Source: Patescibacteria group bacterium (GTDB taxonomy: Bacteria; Patescibacteriota; Patescibacteriia; Patescibacteriales; UBA12465). From it: DNA of 64,000 nt. The notes under the pieces are model-generated. The model saw only the letters and a program-made list of their open reading frames with translations. It was not told the origin of the DNA and ran no database searches. A program made the translations under genes and the position numbers. Below, piece by piece: positions 28,645-36,926 of the stretch (the stretch's first letter is position 1; each line of letters opens with the position of its first letter). Location: the NCBI GenBank assembly GCA_041649315.1, contig JBAZNJ010000002.1, forward strand, positions 851 through 64,850, given 5' to 3'.

Positions 28645-28718
28645 GATGGTTGTTGGGGTTATGTGAGAGGTTATTGTCGCTGAATAGCTATAAGATTTTT
28701 ATTATCCATATAGTATTT

Positions 28719-29114
28719 ATGTGTATATTTTGCAAAATAATCAATGGCGAATTGCCGTCTTACAAAGTTTACGAAGATGAGAATAATCTAGCTTTTTTAG
28801 ATATCGCGCCGGTTAATCCCGGCCACACCTTAGTCGTTCCGAAAAAGCATTATGAGAATATGGAAAAAATTCCGGCCGCGGACTTACAGTCGCTGATTTT
28901 AGCCGTTAAAAAGGTCGGCCGTTTATTAAAAGAAAAATTAGGCGTCCCCGGTTATAATATCAGCGTTAATAATGATCCGATTGCCGGCCAGATCGTCCCG
29001 CATTTACATTTCCATATTATGCCGCGTCGGCCGGGTGATGGGTATGAATTATGGAAGCAGGGGGAATATAAAGAGGGCGAAGCGGAGGAGATAATAAATA
29101 AATTACTATCATAA
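28719..29114 (+). CDS. HIT-family nucleotide hydrolase/transferase
   Basis: MCIFCKIINGELP...VPHLHFHIMPR (histidine triad). The internal ATG at 28719 is preferred over the 28650 start. Confidence 0.9.
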   Translation: MCIFCKIINGELPSYKVYEDENNLAFLDIAPVNPGHTLVVPKKHYENMEKIPAADLQSLILAVKKVGRLLKEKLGVPGYNISVNNDPIAGQIVPHLHFHIMPRRPGDGYELWKQGEYKEGEAEEIINKLLS

Positions 29115-29116
29115 TT

Positions 29117-30103
29117 ATGAAACTACTTGTGACCGGCGGCGCCGGCTTCATCGGTTCAAATTTTATTCGTTATTGGTTTAAGAATAATCCCGACGACTTG
29201 ATTGTTAATCTTGATCTTTTGACTTATGCCGGAAATTTAGCCAGCTTAAAAGATGTGGAGAATAATCCGAATTATAAATTTATTCAAGGCGACATTGCCA
29301 ATCCGGCAGTCGTGGCGGAAGCGATAAAAGGCGTTGATTTAATCGTTCATTTCGCGGCCGAAAGTCATGTCGATCGTTCCATAAAAAACAGCGCGGATTT
29401 TGTCCGGACTAATATTGAGGGAACGCGAATTTTATTAGAAGCGGCCCGGGCGGCTGGCGGGTCGGACGGAAAAGGAATCCGTTTTCATCATATTTCCACT
29501 GATGAAGTTTTTGGTTCTTTGTCTCCGGCTGATGTGCCGTTTAATGAAAAAACGCCTTATGATCCGCGCTCGCCTTACAGCGCTTCTAAAGCCGCCGCCG
29601 ATCATCTGGTTCGGGCCTATTGGCATACTTACGGATTGCCAATCACGATTTCAAATTGTTCTAATAATTATGGCCCTTATCAGTATCCGGAAAAACTTAT
29701 TCCATTATTTATTACTAATTTAATAGAAGGAAAGAAAGTTCCGGTTTATGGTGAGGGGAAAAATATCCGTGATTGGATCCATGTTGATGACCATAATCGC
29801 GGTGTCGAATTTATTATTAAAAAAGGAAAAATTGGCGCCACTTATTGTTTAGGTGGCAATGGCGAAAAAACTAATTTAGAAATTACTAAGATGATTCTAG
29901 AATTAATGGGGCAGGGCGAAGACATGATTGAGTATGTTACGGATCGTCCCGGTCATGATTTACGTTACGCGATTGATTTTTCTAAAGCCAAGAAAGAGTT
30001 GGGCTGGGAGCCGCAGATTGATTTTAAAGAAGGACTGCGGCAGACCGTTGAATGGTATAAAGATAATAAGGCTTGGTGGGAGAAATTAAAATTAAAAAAT
30101 TAA
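29117..30103 (+). CDS. rfbB: dTDP-glucose 4,6-dehydratase
   Basis: MKLLVTGGAGFIGSNF...AAESHVDRS...YSASKAAADHLVRAY (SDR Y-x3-K)...RPGHDLRYAID. Confidence 0.92.
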   Translation: MKLLVTGGAGFIGSNFIRYWFKNNPDDLIVNLDLLTYAGNLASLKDVENNPNYKFIQGDIANPAVVAEAIKGVDLIVHFAAESHVDRSIKNSADFVRTNIEGTRILLEAARAAGGSDGKGIRFHHISTDEVFGSLSPADVPFNEKTPYDPRSPYSASKAAADHLVRAYWHTYGLPITISNCSNNYGPYQYPEKLIPLFITNLIEGKKVPVYGEGKNIRDWIHVDDHNRGVEFIIKKGKIGATYCLGGNGEKTNLEITKMILELMGQGEDMIEYVTDRPGHDLRYAIDFSKAKKELGWEPQIDFKEGLRQTVEWYKDNKAWWEKLKLKN

Positions 30104-30122
30104 ATATTAAAAATTTAAAATT

Positions 30123-30330
30123 AAAAGATTAAAAATTTAAATATTTAAAATTTAAGATTGAAGATTAAAAAATTATAATTAAAATTTCTAATATCAAAAT
30201 CCAAATTACCAATCAAGTCCAAATTACAAAATTCAAATGCCAAAATTAGAAATTAGGATTTTGTTATTGATTGGAAATTAGGATTTAGAAATTTGAAATT
30301 AATATGCATGGATTTAGCCATTAGAAATTA
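30123..30330 (-). repeat. AT-rich imperfect-palindrome intergenic element, copy 3 (long form, inverted relative to copy 2)
   Basis: See copy 2. Identical runs of 42 nt (tttaaatatttaaaatttaagattgaagattaaaaaattata) and 72 nt, with about ten mismatches and two small indels elsewhere (hand alignment). Confidence 0.9.
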
Positions 30331-30341
30331 ACTATAAATGT

Positions 30342-30767
30342 ATGGATAAAAAACTTTTTATCGTCGAAGACGATGCCAATTTGCTCTACGGCCTGGAGTC
30401 GCAGTTTGAGGCCGATGAATTTGAGGTAGAAACCAGCCTCGGAGATGAAGAGGTTGAAGAGTTAATGGGTAAAATTAGGGATTTCGACCCCAATTATTTG
30501 ATTTTAGATCTGATTTTGCCGAAAATCGATGGTTTTGAAATTATCAAAAAAATAAAGGAAGATGATGTTTTGCGGGATAAGCAGATTTTTATATTCACGG
30601 ATTTAAGCGACGAAGATAGCCGCCAACGCAGTTTAGAACTTGGCGCCGATTATGTCTTTTTTAAGGAAGAATTTGATACTTTTTCTTTTTCAGAAAAGGT
30701 AAAAAGGATTGTTGCCAACCAGGAAAAGGCCGAGGAAAGTAATATTGATGAAGAAATTGGCGACTAG
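30342..30767 (+). CDS. Stand-alone response-regulator receiver domain (CheY-like)
   Basis: 141 aa with the acidic pocket FIVEDD, phospho-acceptor context LILDLILPKIDGFE, and conserved T (IFIFTD) and K (VFFKEE) positions. No output domain, and no histidine kinase in the window. Confidence 0.85.
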   Translation: MDKKLFIVEDDANLLYGLESQFEADEFEVETSLGDEEVEELMGKIRDFDPNYLILDLILPKIDGFEIIKKIKEDDVLRDKQIFIFTDLSDEDSRQRSLELGADYVFFKEEFDTFSFSEKVKRIVANQEKAEESNIDEEIGD

Positions 30768-30820
30768 TTTATTTGACTAAAATCTCGAAAAATACTAAGA
30801 TAGATTAGTATTATTTTTAT

Positions 30821-31828
30821 ATGTTTATCAAAAGAATCGGGATTGATCTCGGAACAACTTATACTTTGATTTATCTGCCGCGACGCGGTATCGTTATTAA
30901 CGAGCCGAGTGTGGTTGCGGTAGCGCTTGAGGACCGAAAAATTTTAGCGGTCGGGAACGAAGCTAAGGATATGGTTGGCCGGACGCCGGATACGATTATC
31001 GCGGTTCGCCCCTTGAAAGACGGAGTTATCGCTGACTATCGGGCGACCGAAGCGATGATTCGTTATTTTATCAATAAAACTTTAGGCGGTGTTCGTCTTT
31101 TTCGGCCGGAAGTAATGGTCGCGGTGCCGGCCGGTATTTCTTCGACCGAACGCCGGGCCGTAATTGAAGCAACTATCGCCGCCGGCGCCAAGGCGGCTTA
31201 TATAATTAAAGAACCAGTAGCTGCGGCTATCGGGGCGGATATTCCGATTGGTTCAGCGACCGGCCATATGGTTATTGATATCGGCGGCGGCACGGCGGAA
31301 ATGGCGGTGATTTCTTTGGGTGGTGTCGTCGCCTCAACTTCAGTTAGGGTTGGCGGCAATAAATTTGATGCGGCGATTTTAGAATATATTCGGAAGAAGT
31401 ATAATTTAGCCATCGGCGAACGGACAGCCGAAGAAATCAAGATTAATATCGGCTCGGCTTTATATATGGAAGATAAATTATACTTGGAAATCCGCGGTCG
31501 GGATATTGTTACCGGTTTGCCGCGGAGTATTACGGTCAGCTCTGATGACGTGACTGAGGCAATTCAAAATGAATTAGAAGAAATAATCGCGGCGGCGAAA
31601 AAAGTTTTACATAAGACGCCGCCTGAATTATCAGCTGATATCATGGATAAAGGAATTGTTTTGACCGGCGGTAGTGCACTTTTGCGCAATATTGATCAGT
31701 TAATCGCCCGGACGACCGGAGTGGCCGCTTATGTGGCTGACGACGCGATGCTTTGCGTTGCCAAGGGGACTGGCATTGCCCTTGATAATTTAGATTCATA
31801 CAAACGCAGTATTTTAGCGACTAAATAA
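30821..31828 (+). CDS. mreB: MreB paralogue (copy 2)
   Basis: 335 aa, colinear with copy 1 and roughly half identical by eye. IGIDLGTTYTLIY...NEPSVVA...DIGGGTAEMAVISLGGVV...LTGGSALLRNID. Confidence 0.9.
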   Translation: MFIKRIGIDLGTTYTLIYLPRRGIVINEPSVVAVALEDRKILAVGNEAKDMVGRTPDTIIAVRPLKDGVIADYRATEAMIRYFINKTLGGVRLFRPEVMVAVPAGISSTERRAVIEATIAAGAKAAYIIKEPVAAAIGADIPIGSATGHMVIDIGGGTAEMAVISLGGVVASTSVRVGGNKFDAAILEYIRKKYNLAIGERTAEEIKINIGSALYMEDKLYLEIRGRDIVTGLPRSITVSSDDVTEAIQNELEEIIAAAKKVLHKTPPELSADIMDKGIVLTGGSALLRNIDQLIARTTGVAAYVADDAMLCVAKGTGIALDNLDSYKRSILATK

Positions 31829-31856
31829 TCAACGGATTCGGCCGTTGATTTTGTTT
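31828..31856 (+). terminator. Intrinsic terminator after mreB copy 2
   Basis: atcaacgg (31828-31835) pairs with ccgttgat (31842-31849) around a 6-nt loop, followed by tttgttt. Confidence 0.65.
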
Positions 31857-31918
31857 AGTTTAATAATTACCACGCCATAAGTTTTAAGAAAAAATTTTTT
31901 GTATATTATTAATTTTAT

Positions 31919-33136
31919 ATGCTTATCGGGATAGACGCTTCGCGCGCCAATAGAATACGCAAGACCGGAACTGAATGGTATTCTTTTTATTTAATAAAAA
32001 ACTTAGCAAAAATTGATAAAAACAATATTTATCGTCTTTATCTTGATGTCCCGCCGACCGCGGAGATGATTAAAGCAGTCAAAGATAATCCGAATTTTTC
32101 TTTTAAGGTGCTTAACTGGCCTTCCCGTTTTTTTTGGACGCTCGGCCGTTTGACCTGGGAAATGATTTGGCGCCGTCCGGATGTTTTGTTTGTCCCGGCC
32201 CATGCTTTGCCGCTAGTGAGCCCGCGGCGGACGGTTAATACAATTCATGATGTCGCTTTTATCCGTGAGCAGAAAGTTTATCGTCCGGAAAAGATAAAAA
32301 TCAATCTGCCCGGTTCACGTCCGGTGATTGATTTTTTCGTTCGGGTTTTAACCGGCGGGAAATATCGTTCGGGTTCGCTTGATTATCTCCGCTGGTCAAC
32401 GGCTTTCGCCTTGAAGCATGCTAAAAGAATAATCGCCGTTTCTGAATTTACTAAAAAAGAAATTTTAGAATTATACCCTAAGGTGCCGGAGAAAAAGATT
32501 AAGGTGGTTTATAATGGTTATAATCGGGAGTTATTCCGTCTTTGCCCCGATCAGGAGAGGCAGAAAGATGTTCTAGAAAAATACGGTCTAGAACAGCCAT
32601 TTTTTCTTTATGTCGGTCGCTTGGAAAAGAAAAAAAATACTCTTATTTTAGTCGAGGCCTTAGCTTTATTAAGGGAAAACCATCCGGGAATAAAAGAAAA
32701 ATTAGTCTTAATCGGCGATGCCGGATATGGTTATGACGAGATAAAATATGCGATTGAAGAATTTGATTTAGAGAGCGATGTTTTAATGCCCGGTTGGGCG
32801 GACGAGGAAGACCTGCCTTATATTTTTTCTGCCGCCAAAGCTTTTATTTTCCCTTCAAAACATGAGGGTTTCGGTCTGCCGGTTATTCAGGCCATGGCTT
32901 GCGATACCCCAATTATTGCCTCTGATATATCAGTATTAAAGGAAATCGCCGGTGAGGCGGTTAAATATTTTAAACAAAATAATAAGAATTCTTTGATGGA
33001 AACTATGGCGGAAATTGTGAATAATCCGTCTTTGCGCGAAGAATTAAAAATTAAGGGAAGAACGCGAGCCAAGGAATTTGATTGGGAAAAATGCGCCCGC
33101 GAAACTCTCCGTGTTTTAGAAGAGTCCGGAGAATAA
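31919..33136 (+). CDS. Glycosyltransferase family 4 (GT-B, retaining)
   Basis: ...FLYVGRLEKKKN...PSKHEGFGLPVIQAMACDTPIIASD (E-x7-E region). Confidence 0.85.
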   Translation: MLIGIDASRANRIRKTGTEWYSFYLIKNLAKIDKNNIYRLYLDVPPTAEMIKAVKDNPNFSFKVLNWPSRFFWTLGRLTWEMIWRRPDVLFVPAHALPLVSPRRTVNTIHDVAFIREQKVYRPEKIKINLPGSRPVIDFFVRVLTGGKYRSGSLDYLRWSTAFALKHAKRIIAVSEFTKKEILELYPKVPEKKIKVVYNGYNRELFRLCPDQERQKDVLEKYGLEQPFFLYVGRLEKKKNTLILVEALALLRENHPGIKEKLVLIGDAGYGYDEIKYAIEEFDLESDVLMPGWADEEDLPYIFSAAKAFIFPSKHEGFGLPVIQAMACDTPIIASDISVLKEIAGEAVKYFKQNNKNSLMETMAEIVNNPSLREELKIKGRTRAKEFDWEKCARETLRVLEESGE

Positions 33137-33191
33137 GTGTTAGGGCCGTCGTTTTGTAAAAATTATAAATATGGTATTATTAAGATGTTAT

Positions 33192-35225
33192 ATGAGAAAA
33201 CTAATAGCATCTTTTTTTATTGTTTTATGTTTAGCGGTCGGCGTAAATATCCGGTCGGCTTTGGCTAGTGTTACTCCTAATGACCCTTATTACGATCGCC
33301 AATGGTATTTGATGAAAATTCGGGCCGATAGTGCTTGGGATAAGGTTTCTTCCAGTCCAGATACGATTATCGCCGTGATTGATTCCGGAATCCAGATTGA
33401 TCATCCGGATTTACGGGATAATATTTGGAAAAATAAAGGGGAAATTCCTGATAACGGGAAGGATGATGATCGAAACGGTTTTATTGATGATACGAATGGT
33501 TGGGATTTTGTTGAGAATATTCCGGATCCAAGGCCGAAATTTTCTAATGGTTGGACTGAGGCTGGTGTGACACATGGCACGATGGTGGCCGGGATTATCG
33601 CTGCGCGCGGAAATAATAACGAGGGGATTGCCGGTCTTGCTTGGCAGGCAAAAATAATGCCGCTTAAGGTTTTAAATGATCGAGGCGAAGGAAAAATTAG
33701 TGATGTTGTCCGGGCGATTGATTATGCGACTAATAATGGCGCGGATATTATTAATTTAAGTTTTGTGTCTTTTGTTTATAGCGAGGCCTTAGAAGAAGCA
33801 ATCGCGCGGGCGCATCAAGCCGGAGTAATCGTCGTTGCCGCCGCCGGCAACGAGCAGTCGGTCGGTGAAGGTTATAATATCGATGAAACGCCGGTTTATC
33901 CGGTTTGTTATGACGGCTCTTTTGGCGAGAATATGGTTATCGGCGTGGCTGCGACCGACGCCTTGGATCAGAAAGCGGCTTTTTCTAGTTATGGAGCCAG
34001 ATGCGTAGATATCTCGGCGCCGGGGATCAGTTTTTTTAGCGCGGTGACGGCCGGTTCTGATGTGAAAAACCCAGGAAAGATTTATGACGGCTATTGGTCC
34101 GGAACTTCAATGGCCGCGCCCTTGGTTTCCGGCGCACTCGCTTTAATTCGAGCGGCTAATCCGGAACTTAGCCGCCGGGAAGTGGTGAGCATCCTTTTCG
34201 CCTCAACCGACAATATTTCCCGGCTTAATCCGGATTACCCCGGCTTGCTCGGCAACGGACGTTTAAATGTGGATCGGGCCGTAGAAATGGCTAAGGAAAT
34301 TTTGTATCAAAAGATTGGACGTTTAATCTTAGCGCCGGTAAGCGGCGATAAAGAAATTAAATTGACTGCGGCCAATGGCGATTTTATAGATAGTTTGAAT
34401 ATCAGCGACGGAAATAATTATAAGTTATCCGCTTATGATTTTAATGATGATGGTGAAGAAGAGTTGATTTTAGCCGCTAAGGCCGGCAATGAGCCGCGCG
34501 TTAAAATACTTAGCCAAGATGGAAAAATCTTAAAGGAATTTTTGGTCTTTGATAAATGGTTCCGCGGTGGCATTGAGGTTGTGGCGGCGGATTTAGATGA
34601 TGATGGTTCTCCGGAGATTATTGCGGTTCAAGTCAGTAAGGGGAATGGCCAAGTACGTATTTTTAATTCCGAAGGCAAATTAATTCGGCAATTTTATGCG
34701 GTTAATAGCCGTTGGCGCGGCGGCCTGAGCGTTGCGGCCGGCAATCTTGACGCTAAGGGCGAAAAAGAAATTATTATCGGCCTCGGTGCCGGAGCCGAGC
34801 CGCAAGTCCGGATATTCAGTCCGAAAGGGAATTTAATCGGTGTTTTTTTGGCCTATGAAAAAAGTTTCCGCGGCGGAGTCAAGGTAGTATCCGCTAATCT
34901 GGACGGCCGTAATAGCCGTGGCCAGGATGAAATAATCGTCGCGCCGGGGCCGGGCCGCGAACCTTTGGTTAAGATTTTTGATAATCGGGCGGCGCTTAAG
35001 AAACAGTTTTTAGTTTATAATCGGAATTGGCAAAACGGCTTTGATTTAACGGCCGGCGATCTTAATAATGACGGCTCGGCGGAGATAATCGTGGGCGCCC
35101 GGCCGGGTGCCGCACCACATGTCCGGGTTTTCAGCGGGAGCGGTCTACTTAGGGACTCTTTCTATACTTGGGAGGAGGGCTTTAAGGGCGGAGTAAATGT
35201 TGCTATAATAAGAATGAGCAACTAA
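33192..35225 (+). CDS. Secreted subtilisin-like serine protease (S8) fused to C-terminal FG-GAP/VCBS-like repeats
   Basis: Signal peptide MRKLIASFFIVLCLAVGVNIRSALA. Catalytic triad contexts VIDSGI, HGTMVAGIIA and GTSMAAPLVSG. Then five repeats of the form (D/N)LD.DG..EII.......P.V(R/K)IF. Confidence 0.85.
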   Translation: MRKLIASFFIVLCLAVGVNIRSALASVTPNDPYYDRQWYLMKIRADSAWDKVSSSPDTIIAVIDSGIQIDHPDLRDNIWKNKGEIPDNGKDDDRNGFIDDTNGWDFVENIPDPRPKFSNGWTEAGVTHGTMVAGIIAARGNNNEGIAGLAWQAKIMPLKVLNDRGEGKISDVVRAIDYATNNGADIINLSFVSFVYSEALEEAIARAHQAGVIVVAAAGNEQSVGEGYNIDETPVYPVCYDGSFGENMVIGVAATDALDQKAAFSSYGARCVDISAPGISFFSAVTAGSDVKNPGKIYDGYWSGTSMAAPLVSGALALIRAANPELSRREVVSILFASTDNISRLNPDYPGLLGNGRLNVDRAVEMAKEILYQKIGRLILAPVSGDKEIKLTAANGDFIDSLNISDGNNYKLSAYDFNDDGEEELILAAKAGNEPRVKILSQDGKILKEFLVFDKWFRGGIEVVAADLDDDGSPEIIAVQVSKGNGQVRIFNSEGKLIRQFYAVNSRWRGGLSVAAGNLDAKGEKEIIIGLGAGAEPQVRIFSPKGNLIGVFLAYEKSFRGGVKVVSANLDGRNSRGQDEIIVAPGPGREPLVKIFDNRAALKKQFLVYNRNWQNGFDLTAGDLNNDGSAEIIVGARPGAAPHVRVFSGSGLLRDSFYTWEEGFKGGVNVAIIRMSN

Positions 35226-35270
35226 GGGGTGGCCGTTGAATATCACGACGATTATATTAATTTTCAATCT

Positions 35271-36293
35271 ATGTCTAAACAGGTTATTTTCGACAAAAAG
35301 AATGTTCTAGTCGCCGGCGGCGCCGGTTTTATCGGTTCGCACCTTTGTGATGAGCTGATTAAAACTAATAAAGTGATTTGCGTGGATAATTTTATTTCCG
35401 GCAGTGAGCGGAATATTGATCATCTCTTAGCCAATCCGGATTTCATGTTCATTAACCATGACTTATCAAAACCTTTTACCCCGGCCGTATTGGAAAATTT
35501 GAAAAAATTTAAATTAGAATTCCAGGGTCTCCAGGAAATATATAATCTTGCTTGTCCGATGTCGCCGCGCCGTTTTTTGGAAAATCGCCTGGCAACACTT
35601 TTAGCCAATTCTTACGCCGTCAAGAATCTTTTGGATTTAGCCGTAAAGTACAATTCTAAATTTTTACATTTTTCTTCTTCGGTCGTTTACGGTCCGCGTC
35701 GGACGGATAATCCGGATTTGAAGATGGCGGAAACTGAATTAGGTTTGGTTGACCAATTATCCGAACGCGGCGCTTATGACGAAGGCAAGCGTTTTGCCGA
35801 AACTATGGTGGCTAATTATCGGGCGCTTTATAATATTGATGTGAAGATTATGCGCCTGTTCCGGGTTTACGGACCGCGGATGATGCAAGGCGACGATCAG
35901 ATGATTCCAGATTTTGTTAATGCCGCTTTAGATAATAAGGATATTACTATCGCCGGCGATGAAAATTTTTCTTCCTCTTTTTGCTATATTGATGATGTTC
36001 TTGACGCGGTCGGGAAGTTAATGAGTTCCGAATTGGCCGGTCCGGTCAATATCGGTTCTGATGTTGATATTAATTTGAGCGATTTTGTGCGCTTGATTAT
36101 TAAGATGACGGATTCCCGTTCCCAGATAAACTACGCGGAAAATAAATTATTTTTTAGCGAATTGGCTTTGCCGGAAATCCGTTTAGCCAAAGACGAGCTG
36201 GGCTGGATGCCGGTCGTGACGCTTGAGAATGGTTTGAAAAAAACGATTTTTGATATCCAGGCGCATAAGCGTTTGCATGGTTTTGAGAGTTGA
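35271..36293 (+). CDS. NAD-dependent sugar-nucleotide epimerase/dehydratase (UDP-glucuronate decarboxylase-like)
   Basis: VLVAGGAGFIGSHLCDEL...SSSVVYG...YDEGKRFAE (Y-x3-K). The start is uncertain (GTG 35229 vs ATG 35271). Confidence 0.8.
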   Translation: MSKQVIFDKKNVLVAGGAGFIGSHLCDELIKTNKVICVDNFISGSERNIDHLLANPDFMFINHDLSKPFTPAVLENLKKFKLEFQGLQEIYNLACPMSPRRFLENRLATLLANSYAVKNLLDLAVKYNSKFLHFSSSVVYGPRRTDNPDLKMAETELGLVDQLSERGAYDEGKRFAETMVANYRALYNIDVKIMRLFRVYGPRMMQGDDQMIPDFVNAALDNKDITIAGDENFSSSFCYIDDVLDAVGKLMSSELAGPVNIGSDVDINLSDFVRLIIKMTDSRSQINYAENKLFFSELALPEIRLAKDELGWMPVVTLENGLKKTIFDIQAHKRLHGFES

Positions 36294-36377
36294 AACGGAA
36301 AATTATTTTAAATTTTTGGTCGTTAAATTCATTGAACCCCCATTAAATTATTAAAAGCGATTTTTGGATAATAAAAA

Positions 36378-36406
36378 ACTCGGTCAGAATTGATCGAGTT
36401 TTTTTG
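36378..36406. terminator. Bidirectional intrinsic terminator between convergent genes
   Basis: actcggtca (36378-36386) pairs with tgatcgagt (36391-36399, one G:T), flanked by aaaaaa and ttttttt. A second hairpin, aaggc...gcctt, lies at 36411-36435. Confidence 0.7.
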
Positions 36407-36443
36407 TTGAAAGGCCAACACGAAGTGTGAGCCTTTTATGTTC

Positions 36444-36911
36444 TTACAATTGTTTTATTACAGCGTTTAAGATCGCTTTAGTTGAGTCCGAAATATTAAG
36501 TGTGTTAAATGCTTTGTCGGACGGCGCTACAAGATGATATGCTTGATGCTCAGACGCTTCGAGTTTAATTTCTCCAGGCTCAGTTTCAATCAAGAAATTG
36601 AATTGTCTAGTTTTTTTACCGGAGCCGGATGTGTAATCAAATGAGCCGAGGTAGGTAAGGATTAGTCCAATAACTAATCCTGTTTCTTCTTTAACTTCCC
36701 GCGCTAAAGCCGTGAGCAAATCTTCATTTTCATCTACGGCGCCACTCGGAAGTTCAACGAGTCCGCCCATAAAATCAGAGAGTACTCGTTCAAGAAGTAA
36801 AAATTTATTATCTCTATTAATGACTGCGCCAACGACTAACTTCTGGATGCCGTCCTTTTTGGAGACGGCGACCAGTTGTTTGATTATTTTTTGATCGATT
36901 TTTAATTCCAT
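36444..36911 (-). CDS. NUDIX hydrolase
   Basis: Complete Nudix box GAVDENEDLLTALAREVKEETGL (G-x5-E-x7-REUxEExGU). Confidence 0.85.
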   Translation of the reverse strand: MELKIDQKIIKQLVAVSKKDGIQKLVVGAVINRDNKFLLLERVLSDFMGGLVELPSGAVDENEDLLTALAREVKEETGLVIGLILTYLGSFDYTSGSGKKTRQFNFLIETEPGEIKLEASEHQAYHLVAPSDKAFNTLNISDSTKAILNAVIKQL

Positions 36912-36926
36912 AGCTTCTATATTGTA

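Noticed and set aside
14746-30341. Possibility that the repeated AT-rich sequences are a CRISPR array
   Set aside because: There is no regular repeat-spacer periodicity. The copies are kilobases apart, each is an internally palindromic 125-210-bp unit, and no cas genes are present.
35229-35270. GTG start at 35229 preceded by aagggg as an SD for the UXS-like gene
   Set aside because: The purine block directly abuts the GTG with no spacing, so it cannot act as an SD. The ATG at 35271 gives a normal N-terminus before the GGAGFIGS Rossmann motif. The choice remains uncertain.
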